A stretch of 64,000 nucleotides of DNA from a candidate division FCPU426 bacterium (GTDB lineage: Bacteria > Oederibacteriota > JAAXVQ01 > JAUVAV01). This document shows, piece by piece, positions 10,031 to 20,162 of the stretch. Made by a program: the position numbers and the translations under genes. The stretch spans positions 1-64,000 of the forward strand of contig DAOWGI010000024.1 of NCBI GenBank assembly GCA_030637655.1. The letters are read 5' to 3'. The notes beneath the pieces were generated by a model. The model worked only from the letters and a program-made list of their open reading frames with translations, was not told the DNA's origin and did no database searches. Every line of letters begins with the position of its first letter. The stretch's first letter is position 1.

Positions 10031-10789
10031 CTAGGAGGTGGCCGGCCAATACTTCCGCAGAAAGGCAATGATCCACTCAACAACCTGCAAATATTCGTTG
10101 TCCAGGGTCAGGACATGGTAGGAATTGGTCAAACGGTGCTTTTCCTTGCTTTCAGAAGCAGCGTGTTCCATCAGATAATCCAAACATGCCGGTGGAATGG
10201 TATGATCTTCATTGGACTGTATTCCTAAAAGCGGCACATTCAATTTCGGCAAATCCTGCCGGGCAATCTTCATCACCCGTAATAAATCTTCTAAACTCTT
10301 TAAATGAAAGCGGGAATAGCTTTTCTCCTGAAACAGCGATCCCTTGACGTCGTTTCCAATGGATTTCTTCCAGGGCATAAAAATTTTTAGCAATGGGAGA
10401 AAAATAAGCCGCCAATCTTGTAAAAACAGAGCCGGGGCCAAAGCTGTGTAGACCGGCACCGGGCGATGGGTCGTGATGTGCGCACCCAAAGCTCCTCCCA
10501 TGGAAAAACCGATCACAGCCGGATGGTTATAATTCTTTGCCAACTTATCCCATTGGGCCAAGGAAAACTCCACCCAATCTTTATAAGAATAGGCCGTCAT
10601 ATCTTCCGGTGTTGTTCCGTGTCCGGGAATCAAGGGCATGGAAACCGTATATCCGGCAGCAGCGAGTTTTTCACCCAGCGGCACCAGCGCTTGGGTCGTA
10701 CTGGTAAAACCGTGTAAAAACAGTATGGCCTGTTCGCCGCCTTTTAAAAAAATCGACTCACCGCCCAAATGTGCGCCGGCCATGCTCAT
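10031..10789 (-). CDS. Carboxylesterase, alpha/beta hydrolase (YvaK-like)
   Basis: LHGFT, GFSMGG nucleophile elbow, EDH and SYHV triad residues. Confidence 0.9.
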   Translation of the reverse strand: MSMAGAHLGGESIFLKGGEQAILFLHGFTSTTQALVPLGEKLAAAGYTVSMPLIPGHGTTPEDMTAYSYKDWVEFSLAQWDKLAKNYNHPAVIGFSMGGALGAHITTHRPVPVYTALAPALFLQDWRLIFLPLLKIFMPWKKSIGNDVKGSLFQEKSYSRFHLKSLEDLLRVMKIARQDLPKLNVPLLGIQSNEDHTIPPACLDYLMEHAASESKEKHRLTNSYHVLTLDNEYLQVVEWIIAFLRKYWPATS

Positions 10790-11709
10790 TTACCTCTGTC
10801 TTTTTTAATGGTTCTGATTAAATCCATCAGTGTGTCCATCCCGCCTTTGCTAAACTCAGATTGATCGTAATGCGCCAATTCCGTTCCTTTTTCATCCACA
10901 ATAGTTAATCCGGAAAACTGCTTAAAAGCGTATTTAAGCTCATACTGCTGAATAATTTTCTTAATGGTGGAATACATCAATTTAACAAAATCTTCCCGCA
11001 ACTTAGCAGTTCCGATAGACTGAAAATCCGGAGCCGGAGGATAAAATTGCAGAGTCATCTTTAATTTGCCTTCCTGCGGATTCTGCTGGTTTGGCAAATA
11101 TTCTCCCCTAATCCCGCTGATCGGAAAAATATGTCCAACAATAATACTCATCTGCATATACGCCAGCAAACGAGCGGAAATTTCTTTGGCCAGCGTTTTA
11201 CGCCTGGCAGCGAGGAAATCAGACATTTTGTATTCTTTTAATTTATACCCCTCACTGGGATCATATATGGTTTGCGTATTCAGCTCCACTTCAATCAATA
11301 ACCGCTGAAAATAATCACTGCGCGAAATATCATCCATAATCAAACGTTTGATATCCTGGACATACCGCACAAACGAGATCTGAATACCAGCCGTAGCATC
11401 CAGAATAGTAACCACAAAAAAGTCATAATCAAATTCTGAGGACAAAGTGACGCGCGAGGTGGTGAGCATCACATCTTCCAGCTTGTTCAAGGCCTGGTCT
11501 GAAAAGGTAAGATCAGAAAGCAGAATATCTTCCATGACCACCAAGGCGCCGATGGTCCGGCCGCGTGTGGTCACCTGGACTGCTACGCCATACTCTTTTT
11601 CGCATAGTTCCCGTATGGTGTCTTCCACCCCGCCGGTGGGATAGGATGCTTTACAGCCAAACAAAGGGAGACAGAGGACCGTAATGAGCAGTAGACGAGA
11701 TATCATCAC
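10786..11709 (-). CDS. Hypothetical lipoprotein translationally coupled to ftsH
   Basis: Lipobox LFGC after a hydrophobic signal; 4-nt overlaps with both neighbours. Confidence 0.7.
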   Translation of the reverse strand: MMISRLLLITVLCLPLFGCKASYPTGGVEDTIRELCEKEYGVAVQVTTRGRTIGALVVMEDILLSDLTFSDQALNKLEDVMLTTSRVTLSSEFDYDFFVVTILDATAGIQISFVRYVQDIKRLIMDDISRSDYFQRLLIEVELNTQTIYDPSEGYKLKEYKMSDFLAARRKTLAKEISARLLAYMQMSIIVGHIFPISGIRGEYLPNQQNPQEGKLKMTLQFYPPAPDFQSIGTAKLREDFVKLMYSTIKKIIQQYELKYAFKQFSGLTIVDEKGTELAHYDQSEFSKGGMDTLMDLIRTIKKDRGK

Positions 11710-13439
11710 GTTGTGGTGTTATCTTTCTTGGCGCGTACTTTCTTGATCGCCTTGGCATTCACAGCAGTCTTAGGTTTGAGTTTCTCCTCGGTCGTATCAG
11801 AAAGCGTTACTTTTGTGGTTTCCAGGGCCTCGGGAATGGAATGCTTCAAACCAAATCCATCAAATATCTCATCTATCTCATCATAATCCAGTTCTTCCCG
11901 CTCCAAAAGCTCTTTTACAAAATGGTCAACGATCTTCCAATTCTTTTTTAGCACGCGGACAGTATCTTCATGACATTCTTTAATGATCTGCTCGGACTCG
12001 GCATTGAGTCGTTCTTTGAGGGATTCGGAAATCTGAGCTTCCGGTATGACCGAAAAATCGCCCAGAAAACCATTGCTGCCCATACCGACCCGCCAGACCA
12101 TGTTGTGGGCCATGGCTATTATATTCTGAAAATCACCGGACACACCGGTCGAAGTAACGCCAAAACGCAGCTTCTCTGCTACAAACCCTGCCAAAGAAAC
12201 CTTAATATTGGCCAACATGGTGTCCCGATCCATGGTGTAGAGTTCTTCCCGGGGAGAATGGTGCACCACACCTAGAGCTCCGCCGCGGGAAATAATCGAG
12301 GCTTTAAAGACATCATCTGTTGGATGCAGTAAATACAAGGTGACCAAGTGACCGGATTCATGATAAGCCACCATCTCGCGCTCATGCGGGGTCATGGTCT
12401 TGCGATGTTCAATACCCAATTCAATACGCTCAACAGCTTTGGTAATATCCGGATATTCAACCTGTTCACCGCCCCGGCGCATGGCAATCAGGGCAGATTC
12501 TTTTATCATATTTTCTATCTCCGCCGGACTCTTGCCCACGGATTTACGCGCCAAACGACCGATATTCAGATCCGGATCATGCTGCACTTTAGCCATATAA
12601 AACCGGAAGAGATCTTCCCGCTCAGTCAGATTCGGTTTGTCAATATAGAGCTTGCGATCAAAACGTCCGGGACGCATTAAGGCCGCGTCCAATATACTTT
12701 CCGCCGCGTTGGTAGCTCCCATAACAATGACATTCTCGCCTTTGGCGCCCAGCCCATCCATCTCAACCAAGAGCTGGTTCTGGGTACTATTGGTTTCCTG
12801 ACCGCCACCCATATAGCTGAAAGTACGGCCGCGGCCTATGACCTCAATTTCATCAATAAAAACAATACAAGCGCCCTCGGCATATGCCAATTGTCGCGCT
12901 TGTTTAAATAATTTACGTACCCGGGCCGCGCCCACTCCGACAAAAACCTCAACAAACTCAGAACCGGCCACAGAAATAAAAGGTACTTTGGCTTGCGTGG
13001 CAATACCTTTGGCCAGCAGAGTTTTACCGCAGCCCGGAGGACCAACCATAAGCACACCGCGAAGAATCTTACCGCCGATCATTTTCAGGCGGGAGCGGTC
13101 TTTGATGAGCTGCACTACTTCCCACGCTTCACGTTTGGCCTGTTCCAGTCCGATGATGTCGGAAAATTTCACATTCACATGCGCGGATTTGACCTTTGTT
13201 TTTTTCATCTGTGAAAAACCGCCACGGAATACAGTCATATACAAATAGACAAATATCACAGCATTTAGGGCAGCCATTAACAATTGCAGTGGCAGCGTGG
13301 CCAGGGTCAGATTGAGGTAAAAAGACTCCAAAGAGGCTAAGCCCACCACAGTAAAAAACAGCAAGAGCACAACTGCGACCACAATTAAGAGTCGTACCCA
13401 ATAATTCATTAACCATACTTTCACTCTACGATACCACAT
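11706..13439 (-). CDS. ftsH: FtsH-family AAA+ zinc metalloprotease
   Basis: GPPGCGKT, IVFIDEIE, ALMRPGRFDR (SRH), HESGH (HExxH); two N-terminal hydrophobic helices; SD aaggag. Confidence 0.93.
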   Translation of the reverse strand: MWYRRVKVWLMNYWVRLLIVVAVVLLLFFTVVGLASLESFYLNLTLATLPLQLLMAALNAVIFVYLYMTVFRGGFSQMKKTKVKSAHVNVKFSDIIGLEQAKREAWEVVQLIKDRSRLKMIGGKILRGVLMVGPPGCGKTLLAKGIATQAKVPFISVAGSEFVEVFVGVGAARVRKLFKQARQLAYAEGACIVFIDEIEVIGRGRTFSYMGGGQETNSTQNQLLVEMDGLGAKGENVIVMGATNAAESILDAALMRPGRFDRKLYIDKPNLTEREDLFRFYMAKVQHDPDLNIGRLARKSVGKSPAEIENMIKESALIAMRRGGEQVEYPDITKAVERIELGIEHRKTMTPHEREMVAYHESGHLVTLYLLHPTDDVFKASIISRGGALGVVHHSPREELYTMDRDTMLANIKVSLAGFVAEKLRFGVTSTGVSGDFQNIIAMAHNMVWRVGMGSNGFLGDFSVIPEAQISESLKERLNAESEQIIKECHEDTVRVLKKNWKIVDHFVKELLEREELDYDEIDEIFDGFGLKHSIPEALETTKVTLSDTTEEKLKPKTAVNAKAIKKVRAKKDNTTT

Positions 13440-13600
13440 AAATATACTCCTTTAATTACCCAACCCAGGAATCACTGCTGCTAAGAACTCGGGATTTCAT
13501 TGCTTGCGCTGCTTGTAAAATCCCGCGCGCCGGAGCTACCTGATAACTCCGGCTGTTCTCAAGCTAAACGGACGCGGGAAAAACTGCAATCATTGGTTAG

Positions 13601-13879
13601 CTAGTCTTCCATTTTATGGGTTAGCACAACCAACTTGATGGCACTCTTTCTTTCACCATCCAGCTCAAGATGCATAAATTCCGGCCGAAAAGTCAGCTCG
13701 ATCTTGTCGTCCACCAGGTAAGACCGGGAAATGGTAATGGCTTTAATGGCCTGATTGACACTCTGAGGACCCATAGCAACCACCTCAATGTCCTTCCCTT
13801 CCCTGATGTTATTGGCAATCGCTCCGGCAACAGTGGCGGGTTTGCTTTTCCCAGCGACCTTGAGTGTGAGCATTTGCAT
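13601..13879 (-). CDS. spoVS: SpoVS family protein
   Basis: LKVAGKSKPATVAGAIA, AMGPQSVNQAIKAI, PEF, ERKSAIK. Confidence 0.93.
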   Translation of the reverse strand: MQMLTLKVAGKSKPATVAGAIANNIREGKDIEVVAMGPQSVNQAIKAITISRSYLVDDKIELTFRPEFMHLELDGERKSAIKLVVLTHKMED

Positions 13880-13963
13880 GGTTACCTGTCTCCTTTGCGG
13901 CGTATTTCAACCGGAATAAAACCGGTAGGTAGCAACCCTGGGTAAGAGTTTTATTATTCTAAT

Positions 13964-13992
13964 ATTATACCATAATTGTCTGTATTTAGCAA
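13964..13992 (-). promoter_or_regulatory. Sigma70-type promoter for spoVS
   Basis: TTGCTA-17 nt-TATAAT with TG extended -10 on the - strand. Confidence 0.6.
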
Positions 13993-14131
13993 TTTGACTT
14001 TGTCTTGACATTGGGAACGAAGAGACATCCTATACCTCAAATGTATACTGCTTTGGGACACAGTGATAGCAGGGGGACGTTCTTTCTAACTGCGTGTCGT
14101 ACGTAGTACAGGACGTATAGTACCAAGCCGC

Positions 14132-14480
14132 TCATAAAGGAAATAATGAGATCGCATATAAAGGATAATTGCAAATATTTTCATCTTTTTTAAAATTCAG
14201 CAAACTGGTTCTGGATAAAAGCGGAGGGTGGTATTTTTCATTATACACTTTTAAGCTTTTACTTTTCAAATTTAAGCCGGCTTTAACTTCCAGGGGATAG
14301 ATTTTTTCATTGACCTTAAAAACAAAATCAACTTCTGCTTTAGCTGAGCTGGTCCAATAATACAATCCGGAATCAAATCTTGCGACGAAAAGCTTGTCCA
14401 GGGCAGGATCATCCTCAAAGTTCAGATAAAGAAAATTATCATATTCATTTTTAGCGAATTCCCTGATGATCTTTCCCCGA
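14132..14480 (-). pseudogene. Internally deleted AAA_14 ATPase / DUF4143 gene
   Basis: N-terminal piece IREFAKNEYDNFLYLNFE is joined directly to the C-terminal piece YYWTSSAKAEVDFV...PLEVKAG; no Walker A, no proper start. Confidence 0.72.
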
Positions 14481-14489
14481 AAAAGTAGA

Positions 14490-14702
14490 CGCACCGTACA
14501 AAGAATCAACGCGTCCTTTTAATATAGTATATTCGTGATGTTCTTCAGCTATATTTATTTTATATTTTGAGGATATTGAATTAATTAGTGAAGAGAAAGC
14601 CACCCTTAATTCTTCTTCACTAGTAATTTTATTTCTCTTTGAAATAAAATATTTGTAATACTCTCCATTTATGTTGTTAAGTAAAAGATCAATATTTTTC
14701 AT
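14490..14702 (-). pseudogene. 5' fragment of a probable restriction-modification (Type IIG / N6-MTase) gene
   Basis: AT-rich; SEEELR...EYTILKGRVDSLYG resembles the N-terminal PD-(D/E)xK part of RM fusion enzymes; truncated at the junction with the DUF4143 remnant. Confidence 0.45.
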
Positions 14703-14890
14703 TTATTTTTCCTTTGAAGATGTTTTTTTGGGAATTTTACAATGTGGTGTTGTTGGATTTTATTAGACTTTGTTTTACCGTTTAACCAAGGATTAATTAT
14801 GGAGAAAGAAACGCCGATATTTTCGGCGAGTTGAACCTGGGTCACTCTGTTTTCCAAACGGTAAATTTTCAATTGTTTTACCAAATCCAT
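14699..14890 (-). CDS. Small XRE/Cro HTH regulator (controller-protein-like), possibly degenerate
   Basis: LKIYRLENRVTQVQLAENIGVSFSIINPWLNGKTK; start ATG 14890 with SD gagg; 4-nt overlap with the next ORF. Confidence 0.72.
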   Translation of the reverse strand: MDLVKQLKIYRLENRVTQVQLAENIGVSFSIINPWLNGKTKSNKIQQHHIVKFPKKHLQRKNK

Positions 14891-14960
14891 GCCAGCCTCG
14901 TAATTGAAATACGGGCATTTTATAGCACTATGTTTCATTTTAGTAAAGAAGTAGTTTTTC

Positions 14961-15201
14961 CCTAACTCCTAAGCAAAAAATCATCATGTTATTTCCCGTG
15001 AGCAGCCGCGATTTTTCCGGTTCTACGGCCATCTCCAAGGCTCTTTTGGCTTCCCCATGGCTCACAGAGCCTAAAATGGGCGAACTTGTCTTTTCTTCCG
15101 TGGATAACTTTCTTCTTTGGCCGCCGTTCTGCCGGCGCTGATTGGCCTCAATTATAACATCGGAGGTTTCTCTTTTTTAGCTTTTTTATTTTGGAGTTAG
15201 G
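14961..15201. repeat. Putative MITE with CCTAACTCC terminal inverted repeats
   Basis: cctaactcctaagcaaaaaa ... ttttttattttggagttagg; non-coding interior with short hairpins. Confidence 0.45.
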
Positions 15202-15419
15202 AAAAATGGAGAATTTAGAATTGGGTTTTCTATGATGACTTGTTTCATTTATGTCCTTCGCAATCGAGCGACTATAGAGAGCGTAGCCCCGACCAGTTGG
15301 AAAATCGCATGGGGCTCCCTGCGGTCACAATCCCGTTTTGGATATTGTGCCCCAACTTCTAATGAACGGTGGATTTTAAAAAAGCGTTGTTCAGTCCTGT
15401 AACCGGCAGTAACATTGGC

Positions 15420-15974
15420 TCACGTTTTGGACAAGGTAATGTCCTTGCTGCCCTGGTATTTCCCGCCTTTGTCAGCATACGAAACTTGAGGCACTTCCTC
15501 ATTTTGCAGGAACAATACCTGCGCAATACCCTCATTGGCATAAATCTTTACCGGCACGGGCGTGGTATTCACAATCTGCATAGTCACATGCCCTTCCCAC
15601 TCCGGCTCCAAGGGTGTCACGTTGACCAACACGCCGCAACGGGCATAGGTCGATTTCCCGGTACAGACTGTGATTACGTTCCGCGGAATGCGAAAATATT
15701 CCACTGATTTTCCCAAGCAGAACGTAAGCGGCGGGAGTTCCAGGATTGGTCCCTGAAAATCCTTAAAATCCCCGGGCTGTGCCTGTTTGGGATCAACGCT
15801 TCTATCCTGGGACGGCGTATAAATTTTAAACTCATCCGTTAGACGCATATCATACCCATAGGAAGAAATCCCGTAGGAAACCACACCGCCGGAGGTGGGT
15901 TCAGCGCAGGGCTCAATCATCCCTTTTTCTTTTGCATACTTCCGAATCAAATAATCTGGTAATACCATTGCCAT
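15420..15974 (-). CDS. dcd: dCTP deaminase
   Basis: [39 protein letters not shown]. Confidence 0.96.
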   Translation of the reverse strand: MAMVLPDYLIRKYAKEKGMIEPCAEPTSGGVVSYGISSYGYDMRLTDEFKIYTPSQDRSVDPKQAQPGDFKDFQGPILELPPLTFCLGKSVEYFRIPRNVITVCTGKSTYARCGVLVNVTPLEPEWEGHVTMQIVNTTPVPVKIYANEGIAQVLFLQNEEVPQVSYADKGGKYQGSKDITLSKT

Positions 15975-16212
15975 GCTCCTTTGCCAAGCAGATTAATTCA
16001 GCTTTTGTTGCCAAGTTAAAACATACTTCATTTCTTTATCGTTCCAGCAGTAAACATCACACCATACTTGCTGCTTTTTTGTATACCGAATTTTCAAAAA
16101 GATGCTGGGCGCTCGTTCCCCTGAATCTGCAAGAGTGAAATTATACTAAATAGTGTTATCCCCACTTGACCTGTCACCTTACGAACCATGTACTCATCAC
16201 TCCTGGCTTTAG

Positions 16213-17688
16213 CTACTTAATTTTTTTCAGCCACTCTAATATCAGTCTTACACCAACTCCAGTAGCACCTTTGTTAAATATGAGTCCTGCTTCACCCCAG
16301 GCCGTACCCGCAATATCCAAATGCACCCAGGGCGTGTTCTCAACAAATTTCTCCAGGAATGCACCACCAACAATAGTGCCGGCGCCTGGCTTATTCCCAA
16401 TATTTGCTACATCAGCATTCTCACTTTTCACCAGATCGCGATATTCATCCCAAAGCGGTAATTGCCACACCTTCTCGCCAGACACATTTCCCGCTTGAAT
16501 TATTTCATCTGCCAACTTCTGATTATTCGAAATTAAACCCGAGGCAGCATGTCCCAGAGCAACAATAACAGCACCAGTCAAAGTGGCAAAATCAATGATA
16601 CTAGTTGGCTTATGCTTTTTGACATAAGTTATACCATCCGCTAGAATGAGTCTCCCCTCTGCATCTGTGTTCAAAATTTCAATTTTCTTCCCAGAGAGGC
16701 TCTTGACAATATCTCCTGGCCGCGCGGCTGATCCTGATGGCATGTTCTCTGCCGCTGGTATAACTCCAATCAAATTAACCGGCAAACGCAGTTGTGTTGC
16801 TGCCTTAAAAATTCCCAGCACAGTAGCCGCACCGCTCATATCATAGCGCATCTCATCCATCTTATTGGAAGGTTTCAATGAAATCCCGCCGGAGTCAAAA
16901 GTAATTCCTTTTCCAACCAATGCTATGGGAGCTTTGCCTGCCGTGCTTCCGCGATAGTTTAATTCAATCAATACCGGAGAGCGTTGACTCCCAACGCCAA
17001 CGGCCAGTAAAGCTCCAAAGCCTTTGCGTATAAGTTCCGGCTTTTGCATTACCTTTACGCTTAATTTTGCCGACAGCCTGGACAAACGCTTTGCTTCATT
17101 AGCCAATGACTGCGGATACAATTGATTAGCCGGACGATCAGCTAAAATGCGAGCATAATTAACTGCCTCTGCAATGACGGCGCCTTGCTCACATATTCCT
17201 TTAAGATCCGAGCGAGCCGAACCAGCTAAAATTAATTTGGTTGCTTTTGCCTGTGTCTTTTGGTGTTTGCCGGATTTATTTTCAGTATAAGTATACGCCG
17301 CCAATCCGCCCATGAGTACAATTGTTTGAATTACAGCACGCGATTCCGTATGCTTGTGGATAAAAGAATCAGCATCAAAAACCAATTCTTTCAGCTTCAA
17401 TTTAACAGCTTTCTTCATTATAAGAAAGACAGCTTTCCGGACCACGTCCATTTGAATTGCCTTTGCTTTTCCCAAACCACAAACAAAAATCCGTTTTGTT
17501 TTTTGACCTTTGGGATAGAGGACAATAAGTTCTCCTGCTTTACCTTTAAAATCCCCCAGCTTTCTGATTTCCTTGAGTTCTTGCGTGATAGATCCAGGAA
17601 AATCTGTAGCCGGCTTATCCTGCACAACTCCCAGGGCAATATTTTCTGTTTTGGTAATTTGAGATCGCGAAATCATTTTAACTGCCAT
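16213..17688 (-). CDS. pepA: Leucyl aminopeptidase (M17)
   Basis: GKGITFDSGG, DMSGAA, NTDAEGRL, ATLTGA, HLDIAG. Confidence 0.96.
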   Translation of the reverse strand: MAVKMISRSQITKTENIALGVVQDKPATDFPGSITQELKEIRKLGDFKGKAGELIVLYPKGQKTKRIFVCGLGKAKAIQMDVVRKAVFLIMKKAVKLKLKELVFDADSFIHKHTESRAVIQTIVLMGGLAAYTYTENKSGKHQKTQAKATKLILAGSARSDLKGICEQGAVIAEAVNYARILADRPANQLYPQSLANEAKRLSRLSAKLSVKVMQKPELIRKGFGALLAVGVGSQRSPVLIELNYRGSTAGKAPIALVGKGITFDSGGISLKPSNKMDEMRYDMSGAATVLGIFKAATQLRLPVNLIGVIPAAENMPSGSAARPGDIVKSLSGKKIEILNTDAEGRLILADGITYVKKHKPTSIIDFATLTGAVIVALGHAASGLISNNQKLADEIIQAGNVSGEKVWQLPLWDEYRDLVKSENADVANIGNKPGAGTIVGGAFLEKFVENTPWVHLDIAGTAWGEAGLIFNKGATGVGVRLILEWLKKIK

Positions 17689-17825
17689 TGCTCTCCTCCT
17701 ATATCACTGGCCATGATTATGGTGTGAATGTTCTTCAGTTTACGCTGAGTAAATTAGTGAGGCAAGGTAAAAAACCTAAGTAACTCACTTTTTACCACAC
17801 ACTGCTATACGCACTAATATCTTCT

Positions 17826-18004
17826 TTAGTCTTTATTACCCAACCCGGACAAGCCGGAACCAAATTTAGCCGCTGATACACGCCGATATACGCAAATTAA
17901 AAATCTTTTTTATCCATTAAGCTATAAATATCTGCGTTCATCTGCGTTCATTGGAGGTTGATTTTCTTTCCATTTTGTAAAGAATTTCATTTGTAAGATA
18001 CTAA
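17826..18004. repeat. Intergenic repeat element with internal 10-nt tandem/inverted motifs
   Basis: Imperfect ends ttagtctttattac / gtaagatactaa; interior gctgatacacgccgatatacgc faces atctgcgttcatctgcgttcat. Confidence 0.45.
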
Positions 18005-18811
18005 TTAGGAATAAATGGCTGTGAAGAGCCGGGCTATCTCCTGAATGGATAGGGTTTCCGGTCTACGTTGGGAATCAATACTTACACCTTTCAGCGCAAT
18101 TTCCCACTCGCTTTGCCTGGGCACATTTTTAATTCCTTGCATACACTTTCGTAATGTTTTACGCCGGTGCATAAACATAGCCTGCACGAGAAAGAAAAAC
18201 TTATTAGGATCAGAGACCTGGACTAGCGGCTGCTCACGATGATCAATCCTAATTATAGCTGAGGAAACTCGAGGTTGTGGATTGAAAGCGCCGGCTGGAA
18301 CCTTGGTAATGTATTTAGGTATTCCATAATATTGAACTGCAATTGAAAAAGAGGAGTACTCTTTAGTTCCTGGTTTGGCACACATGCGCTTGGCCACCTC
18401 ATCCTGCACCATTACTACAATACGGTTACAGCTCTGCTTTGCTGCCAGAACATGGATTACCATTTGCGAAGCCAGGTAATACGGAAGATTAGCTACCAAT
18501 TTTACCCTTTGATATCCCTTTTGGAGTAACTCGGTATTTATCTCACTCCAATCAACATAACGGGCATCATTTAAGCGTATTTCCAGATTATCATTGTGGC
18601 CTAATTTTTCATGCAGACGATTTGCGAGACGTTCATCCAGTTCTAAAGCTATGACATGCCTGGCTTTTTTGAGCAGAGCTTTGGTCAATACCCCTTTACC
18701 TGGTCCAACCTCAATAATTGCATCCTGCTCATCAATTTCGGCAGCCTGAATAGCTTTTAGAACATAGCTGTAATCAGCCAGAAAGTGCTGCCCTAATTTA
18801 GGCTTTTTCAT
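18005..18811 (-). CDS. rsmA: 16S rRNA adenine dimethyltransferase KsgA
   Basis: LGQHFL, EVGPGKG, ELD, ANLPY, MVQDEVAKR, HRRKTL, RRPETLS. Confidence 0.96.
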   Translation of the reverse strand: MKKPKLGQHFLADYSYVLKAIQAAEIDEQDAIIEVGPGKGVLTKALLKKARHVIALELDERLANRLHEKLGHNDNLEIRLNDARYVDWSEINTELLQKGYQRVKLVANLPYYLASQMVIHVLAAKQSCNRIVVMVQDEVAKRMCAKPGTKEYSSFSIAVQYYGIPKYITKVPAGAFNPQPRVSSAIIRIDHREQPLVQVSDPNKFFFLVQAMFMHRRKTLRKCMQGIKNVPRQSEWEIALKGVSIDSQRRPETLSIQEIARLFTAIYS

Positions 18812-18821
18812 AATCTATTCC

Positions 18822-19826
18822 TTATCTTCTTGAATTATCAACCATTTCTATGGCAGTACGAATAGCAGCTATCATGGCTCCTGGATTTGCTTTTCTTTGC
18901 TTGGCAATATCAAATCCCGTCCCATGATCCGGCGATGTTCTGATTATTGGCAATCCGGCAGTCACATTCACTCCACTGTGCAGGGCTAACATCTTAAAAG
19001 GAATCAAGCCCTGATCATGGTACATGCATAGTATCAAATCATACTTTCCATGCATAGCATCGTAAAACAATGTATCAGCCGGCAATGGTCCACTTACTTT
19101 GAGATTCTTTCTTTTTGATAATTCACGTATGGCTGGAATAATTTCTTTTTGCTCCTCATTGCCCAGCAATCCACTTTCTCCTGCGTGCGGATTTAAACCG
19201 GCCACTGCAATATGTGGTTTTTTAAAATTAAAATACTTCCTCAGAGCCGTTTCTCCAGTTATCCCTGTCCGAATAACATGCTGCTTGGTTATCCTTCTTG
19301 ACACTTTTTTAATGGGAATGTGAATGGTTGCCAGAATTAAACGAAATGACCCACCCACAAACATCATAGAATAATCCTTTGTTTTACAGATTTTCGCGAG
19401 TAGTTCGGTGTGACCAGTATGTAATACCCCAATTTCGTGCCACGCCTCCTTGCAGATAGGCGCAGTTACTACTGCATCTACTTTTTTAGCCAGGGCCAGC
19501 TTTGTTGCATACTCAACTGCGGCCAAAGAAGCTTGACCGCTCTTGCTTGACCATTTTCCTTTTTTCGTTATTCCCTTAAGAGTATCTGATTCAATAATTT
19601 GAATTTCCGGGTATCTGGAAGTTCCGGGGGTGGGACACTTCACACTTTTTAATATTAATTTTGAACTGTTTTTCAATATTTCGTGTTCAAATACTGCTCT
19701 GTTGCCAATAATAAGCGGATGCATTTTATTAAATAAAAATTTGTTTTCAAGGGCTTTAACTATCACCTCTGGCCCTACACCGGCCGGCTCCCCCATAGTG
19801 ATGGAAATACATGGTCTTTTAATCAT
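18822..19826 (-). CDS. pdxA: 4-hydroxythreonine-4-phosphate dehydrogenase
   Basis: GEPAGVGPE, TAPICK, GHTE, GLNPHAGE, MYHDQGL, RTSPDHGT. Confidence 0.96.
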   Translation of the reverse strand: MIKRPCISITMGEPAGVGPEVIVKALENKFLFNKMHPLIIGNRAVFEHEILKNSSKLILKSVKCPTPGTSRYPEIQIIESDTLKGITKKGKWSSKSGQASLAAVEYATKLALAKKVDAVVTAPICKEAWHEIGVLHTGHTELLAKICKTKDYSMMFVGGSFRLILATIHIPIKKVSRRITKQHVIRTGITGETALRKYFNFKKPHIAVAGLNPHAGESGLLGNEEQKEIIPAIRELSKRKNLKVSGPLPADTLFYDAMHGKYDLILCMYHDQGLIPFKMLALHSGVNVTAGLPIIRTSPDHGTGFDIAKQRKANPGAMIAAIRTAIEMVDNSRR

Positions 19827-19875
19827 ATTCTATCACCCCCTTTTGTTACTCTAATCAGAATACTTGTAATATATT

Positions 19876-20089
19876 GTAACTACTCAGGTCTGCAAGGAGC
19901 AGGGCGGTTTGGTCTTTTTTTAAGCGTGACAGCGGTAACTGCGGAAATGTGGTTTAGAAAAGCATATCCCCCTATTGCCCGTTACCAGCTTAGACCTTAG
20001 TTTTCCGCTTTGCAATGCTTGAAAAAAGACCAAAGTGACCTGCCAAGCGTGAATGTTTGAATACTTTTTTTACCCACCTGAGTAGTTAC
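19876..20089. mobile_element. MITE family B copy 1 (214 bp)
   Basis: Perfect 13-bp TIR gtaactactcagg / cctgagtagttac; internal stem tttggtcttttt / aaaaagaccaaa; ~90% identical by eye to 22019..22232. Confidence 0.8.
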
Positions 20090-20162
20090 TTTTGATTACT
20101 ATTTAGTGCCTTTAGCGTTTTGAAAAAAGAACCATACCTCATGGCTCCAGACAGCTAATATG

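Noticed and set aside
13601-13879. Evidence of sporulation from spoVS and SpoIIE/SpoIIAA-like genes
   Set aside because: These families are widespread in non-sporulating bacteria; no core sporulation gene is present.
15253-15360. tRNA or ncRNA downstream of dcd
   Set aside because: Hairpins are present but there is no cloverleaf, T-loop consensus or recognisable family motif.
15995-16145. Small gene between pepA and dcd
   Set aside because: An open frame exists on the - strand but lacks a start, SD and recognisable homology.
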